Part shown: positions 60,586 through 64,000 of the stretch, piece after piece
How positions within the stretch are numbered: the first letter of the stretch is position 1
How the letters are laid out: each line of letters begins with the position of its first letter
Source: Candidatus Delongbacteria bacterium
GTDB taxonomy: Bacteria; CAIWAD01
Direction: 5' to 3'
Assembly (NCBI GenBank): GCA_963663545.1
Contig: OY760505.1
Coordinates: 1,408,001 to 1,472,000 of the forward strand
Length of the DNA: 64,000 bases
Translations under genes and position numbers: made by a program
Notes under the pieces: model-generated
Database searches by the model: none
The model's input: the letters and a program-made list of their open reading frames with translations, nothing else
What the model was told of the DNA's origin: nothing

Positions 60586-63500
60586 GTTCATTCCGTGATA
60601 CACTTGGACGCTACACTGACCGGCAGCCTCTTGGTGAAGGCGGCACCGCCATTGTTGAGCAGGCGATTGACAACTGGAGTGGTCGCGCCGTAGTGCTGAA
60701 GACCGCTCGCCAAGCTGGCTTCGATCAAGAGTTTCGCAATGAAGCCCTGCTGCTGGGCGGTCTTGTCTCGGGGGTCTTCCCGCGCTTGCTGGAGTATCAC
60801 CCGGGCAACAATGCCGACGCCGCTACACTGGTCATCGAGCGTCGGCCAGGCGAGCCAGTTCGACTTGCACACTTGCTGGATCCAAGTGAGTTACCATGGA
60901 TCGCTGTGCAATTGCTGCAAGGCCTCGCTGAGCTGGGGCGCGCTGGTTGTGTACATGGAGATATCAGCCCGGAGAATGTCCTACTGAGCGGCAGCCGTGC
61001 CAGCCTGATCGATCTCGGGTTTGCCAGAAAGCACGATGAAAAGCTGGCAACGCGAAGTGGCACACCGGGATCGATTCCTCCTGAAGTCTTGGCCGAGAAA
61101 GTCTTGCATCCGGCTTCGGACATCTTCGGTCTTGGTGTTGTGTTGTATCACCTCCTCTGCGGTCACGCCCCCTTTTCGGATGATCCGCAGGAGGCCGTGC
61201 GTGATACACTTGCCGGCAACATTCGCACGCCGGAGCATGGAAGCGATTCGCCCTTCTTTTCAATCATCTACCGCTGCCTGGAACGCGACCCGGACAAGCG
61301 CCCACTGCCCAAAGATCTGCTACAGGAACTCATCACTCAAGTGCAGAGCGAGCACCTGGCACTACTCGTTCCGGATGTTCCCATCGAAGCTGATCTCTTG
61401 CCCGTTCAGCAAGAGATCGCCACCGCAATTAAAAGCGGACAGAGCCTACTGATTAACGGTCCAGACGGTGCGGGCAAGCGCTACGCCCTTCAGTATACAC
61501 TGCGCACTATGGAGCTCGATGGTCGAAGGATGCTACATCTGCCGTTACCGGCCGGAAGTATTGCGCCCTTCTTGTGGGCCCGATTCGGTCATCATCCTGC
61601 CATTTCAAAGTACCCGGAACTTCACGATCAGCTGCAGCGCCGTGATTCAACCACAGAATCGCTGGTGAAGAAGGGGCTGCTCAAGCAACTCTTTGCTTTC
61701 CTCGACGAGTTAAGCTCGAACTCCTGCACCGGTATTGTGCTGGACTTCAATAGAAACACCGAGTCCTGTGAAGCGCTGATCAAGGCCTCCGCGCAGCTTT
61801 CACGAGTACAAAGCCGGCAACTCGTTGTCATCATGGATGGTCAAGTCTGTGATACAGCCAAGCGCCTGCTGAAAATCGTTACGATGCCCATGCCATCGCG
61901 TGAGCGTTTCAGGGCACTGCTTGCTATGCCTGCGCCGGGCCTGAGTCTTTCCGAGGATTTGCTTAGCACACTGGATCAGCTGTGTGACAGCCACGCAGGA
62001 CGCGCACTGGACACCTTGCGGCGAAATCTGGGCCAAGGGCGATTGCGTCTGGTAGGAACCCGCTGGACCGTGCAAGGCCAAGGCTTGATTGCCGCCAGTG
62101 ACTGGACGCTGAACGACCTGCTCGTGTTACAAGATCCTGAGCGACGCTTGTTGAGCGAATGCGCCATCTGGCAACCAATGGCATCACAGTTCCTTTGGCA
62201 GAAGTGGCTCCAGACCGAGCACGACCCACGAACGCTTGATCATCTACAAGCAAGAGGTTTGTTGCGTGATCGCGGCGATGGCGTTCCCGAACCCATCAGC
62301 GCTGTGCGACAGCTACTGGCGGAAATGCCCAATGGTCCTGCGCACGAGCGGCTACTACTTTGGCTGGAACAGCACCCAGACGTATCACGCGACCTGATTC
62401 TTGTACACCTTGCCGGCGCAGGTATTCGACGCGCAGGAAAGCAAAGAACCCTGCAGATCCTGACAAAGGACGCCGAACTAGTTCGTCCGGATCTTACCCT
62501 GGATTTACTGAACGATCTGGTAGATCTGGTGGACGGCAAAGATAGAATCGCTTGCCTGCAGCGGCTCTTTGATGCACAGTTTGAGCTAGGCGACCTGGAG
62601 GCTTCGCGTGACACATTGCGTCGAATCCTCTGCTTGAATGGGTTCGGTGAGGTAAAGGATCGGGCGTCCGCGCTATCCAAGCTCGCGCACCTCTATCGTC
62701 GCATCAAGAAGCCAAAACTGGCCTGCCGTGTATTACGCGATGCGAGTCGTTTCACTGAAGGCATGGACAAGGTGAGCATTCTCGCACAGCTCGCAGATTC
62801 CGAGTTGGAAGCAGGCTGGGTTGATCGTGCGCGTACGCGATATCGTGATACACTTGCTTTGTATCACGAGCAGGAAGAGAGAACTGGCGACAAGCGAGAC
62901 AAAAACGACTTGTACGTCGTCAACACACTGGCAGGAATTGCGTTCCGTTTTGGTGCTTACGATGAAGCAGCACAGCTGTGGGAGCTGCAGCTGCGCCGCC
63001 ACGAGGATCGCATCTCAGGCCGCCATCGTGTCTGGTTGCTAAACAATCTGGGCATCGTCCGTCTGCAAGAGGGGCGCCTTGATCGAGCTCGGGAATTGCT
63101 GGAGCAGGCCAGTCGCAGCGCCGAAGACCTTCACCTGGAAAACAGCCAGCTGATGGCTCGTGTGAACCTGGCCACAACCTACACGCGTCGGGGTGAATCC
63201 GACCGCGCCATTCGTGAGCTGGATCAAAGCCTGGTGCTCGCGCAACAGCTCGGGCACAGCAATTACGAAATGGTGATTCTGCACAACCGCGGTGAAGCCC
63301 TGATGAATCTGGGACTTATACGCGATGCGCTGCAGGATTGGAATTGTGAGCTTGATCTTGCGGATCAGATCCGCCAGCCGAGCGAAAAGCTGGACCCTCT
63401 GCGTGAGCAATTGATGCTCTACACGGATCTTGATCTGGAAGTAGACCCGAACATAGAGCTGACATTGCGACAGCTGAGCGAGGATATCGGCGACTACCAT

Positions 63501-64000
63501 GCTCTTGTCGAGTGGATGATTGCGGCTTCCTGGCGCAAACCAACACAGGAAGCGATAGAAGACCTGGAGCTCGCTGAGAGTTTACTGGATCCACAGGATC
63601 TGCAAGAGACTCATCGACTAATCAAGAGCCTTCGCTCCTACCGCCTTCAGCAGACGCGCTCTTCGGAACTGCGCACTCGACTGCTTCGCCTGCCGGCGGG
63701 TGCGGAGCGTCTGCGCCACGCCCTGTACTTCGCAAGTTCCATGCAAGACCGTCAGCGGCTTGTCTGGCTTGAACAGGTGACACGCGATCAGCATCCCGGT
63801 GTGATACATAGAGTCTGGATCGACTTTTTGACTGGGGCAGCCCACTACGAGCGCGGCGAGTATATACCTGCGGGTCGCTTTCTGGGACGCGGGGTAAATG
63901 CACTGCGTGGGTTAATCAGTCACATGCCGGTAGACCTGGCAGAACGGCTTACCGAATCGGAACGATTGTTGAAAGCACTCGCGCAGGCCGAAGACTGCAT
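60582..64000 (+). CDS. Ser/Thr kinase - P-loop NTPase - TPR protein, partial (runs off the right edge)
   Basis: Hand translation from the ATGA overlap: LGEGGTA, VVLK, HGDISPENVL, IDLG, GT...PPE, SDIFGLG; LLINGPDGAGKR near 61446; LLNNLGIV-type TPR repeats near 63040. Same frame at the window end; absent from the ORF track. Confidence 0.88.
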   Translation, partial: MSSFRDTLGRYTDRQPLGEGGTAIVEQAIDNWSGRAVVLKTARQAGFDQEFRNEALLLGGLVSGVFPRLLEYHPGNNADAATLVIERRPGEPVRLAHLLDPSELPWIAVQLLQGLAELGRAGCVHGDISPENVLLSGSRASLIDLGFARKHDEKLATRSGTPGSIPPEVLAEKVLHPASDIFGLGVVLYHLLCGHAPFSDDPQEAVRDTLAGNIRTPEHGSDSPFFSIIYRCLERDPDKRPLPKDLLQELITQVQSEHLALLVPDVPIEADLLPVQQEIATAIKSGQSLLINGPDGAGKRYALQYTLRTMELDGRRMLHLPLPAGSIAPFLWARFGHHPAISKYPELHDQLQRRDSTTESLVKKGLLKQLFAFLDELSSNSCTGIVLDFNRNTESCEALIKASAQLSRVQSRQLVVIMDGQVCDTAKRLLKIVTMPMPSRERFRALLAMPAPGLSLSEDLLSTLDQLCDSHAGRALDTLRRNLGQGRLRLVGTRWTVQGQGLIAASDWTLNDLLVLQDPERRLLSECAIWQPMASQFLWQKWLQTEHDPRTLDHLQARGLLRDRGDGVPEPISAVRQLLAEMPNGPAHERLLLWLEQHPDVSRDLILVHLAGAGIRRAGKQRTLQILTKDAELVRPDLTLDLLNDLVDLVDGKDRIACLQRLFDAQFELGDLEASRDTLRRILCLNGFGEVKDRASALSKLAHLYRRIKKPKLACRVLRDASRFTEGMDKVSILAQLADSELEAGWVDRARTRYRDTLALYHEQEERTGDKRDKNDLYVVNTLAGIAFRFGAYDEAAQLWELQLRRHEDRISGRHRVWLLNNLGIVRLQEGRLDRARELLEQASRSAEDLHLENSQLMARVNLATTYTRRGESDRAIRELDQSLVLAQQLGHSNYEMVILHNRGEALMNLGLIRDALQDWNCELDLADQIRQPSEKLDPLREQLMLYTDLDLEVDPNIELTLRQLSEDIGDYHALVEWMIAASWRKPTQEAIEDLELAESLLDPQDLQETHRLIKSLRSYRLQQTRSSELRTRLLRLPAGAERLRHALYFASSMQDRQRLVWLEQVTRDQHPGVIHRVWIDFLTGAAHYERGEYIPAGRFLGRGVNALRGLISHMPVDLAERLTESERLLKALAQAEDC

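Overview
Bacterial chromosomal window, about 57% GC by eye, densely coding and mostly on the minus strand. Taxonomy cannot be fixed from sequence alone. Housekeeping blocks: a stand-alone rpsD; tatD/radical-SAM-rsmA-mgtE-recO-glyQS-rex; murA; guaB; rplM-rpsI-rpsB-tsf-pyrH-frr-lepA-lepB; and tRNA-Leu-tig-clpP-clpX followed by a short second Rho. Accessory content: two Cys-PAS chemoreceptors, secreted glycoside hydrolases (GH2-like, GH13, GH63-like), tandem DUF3667 genes, a GPP34 protein, a ferritin-like protein, a hemerythrin pair, and a PP2C plus kinase-NTPase-TPR module that runs off the right end. Three signals stand out. (1) The heptamer GTGATAC/GTATCAC occurs about 100 times by hand count against about 6-8 expected. 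It shows no strand bias, is often written with rare codons, and is missing from most highly expressed genes and from the AT-rich island. (2) A microcompartment vertex gene (EutN/CcmL) heads an operon with an ACT protein carrying two encapsulation-peptide-like helices and a UPF0210/DUF711 enzyme, which suggests an uncharacterised BMC cargo. (3) An AT-rich island of about 3 kb encodes a frame-split membrane protein translationally coupled to a P-loop NTPase, a candidate defence module. No CRISPR array, rRNA, integrase or transposase was seen. All family calls come from motif recognition, not database searches.
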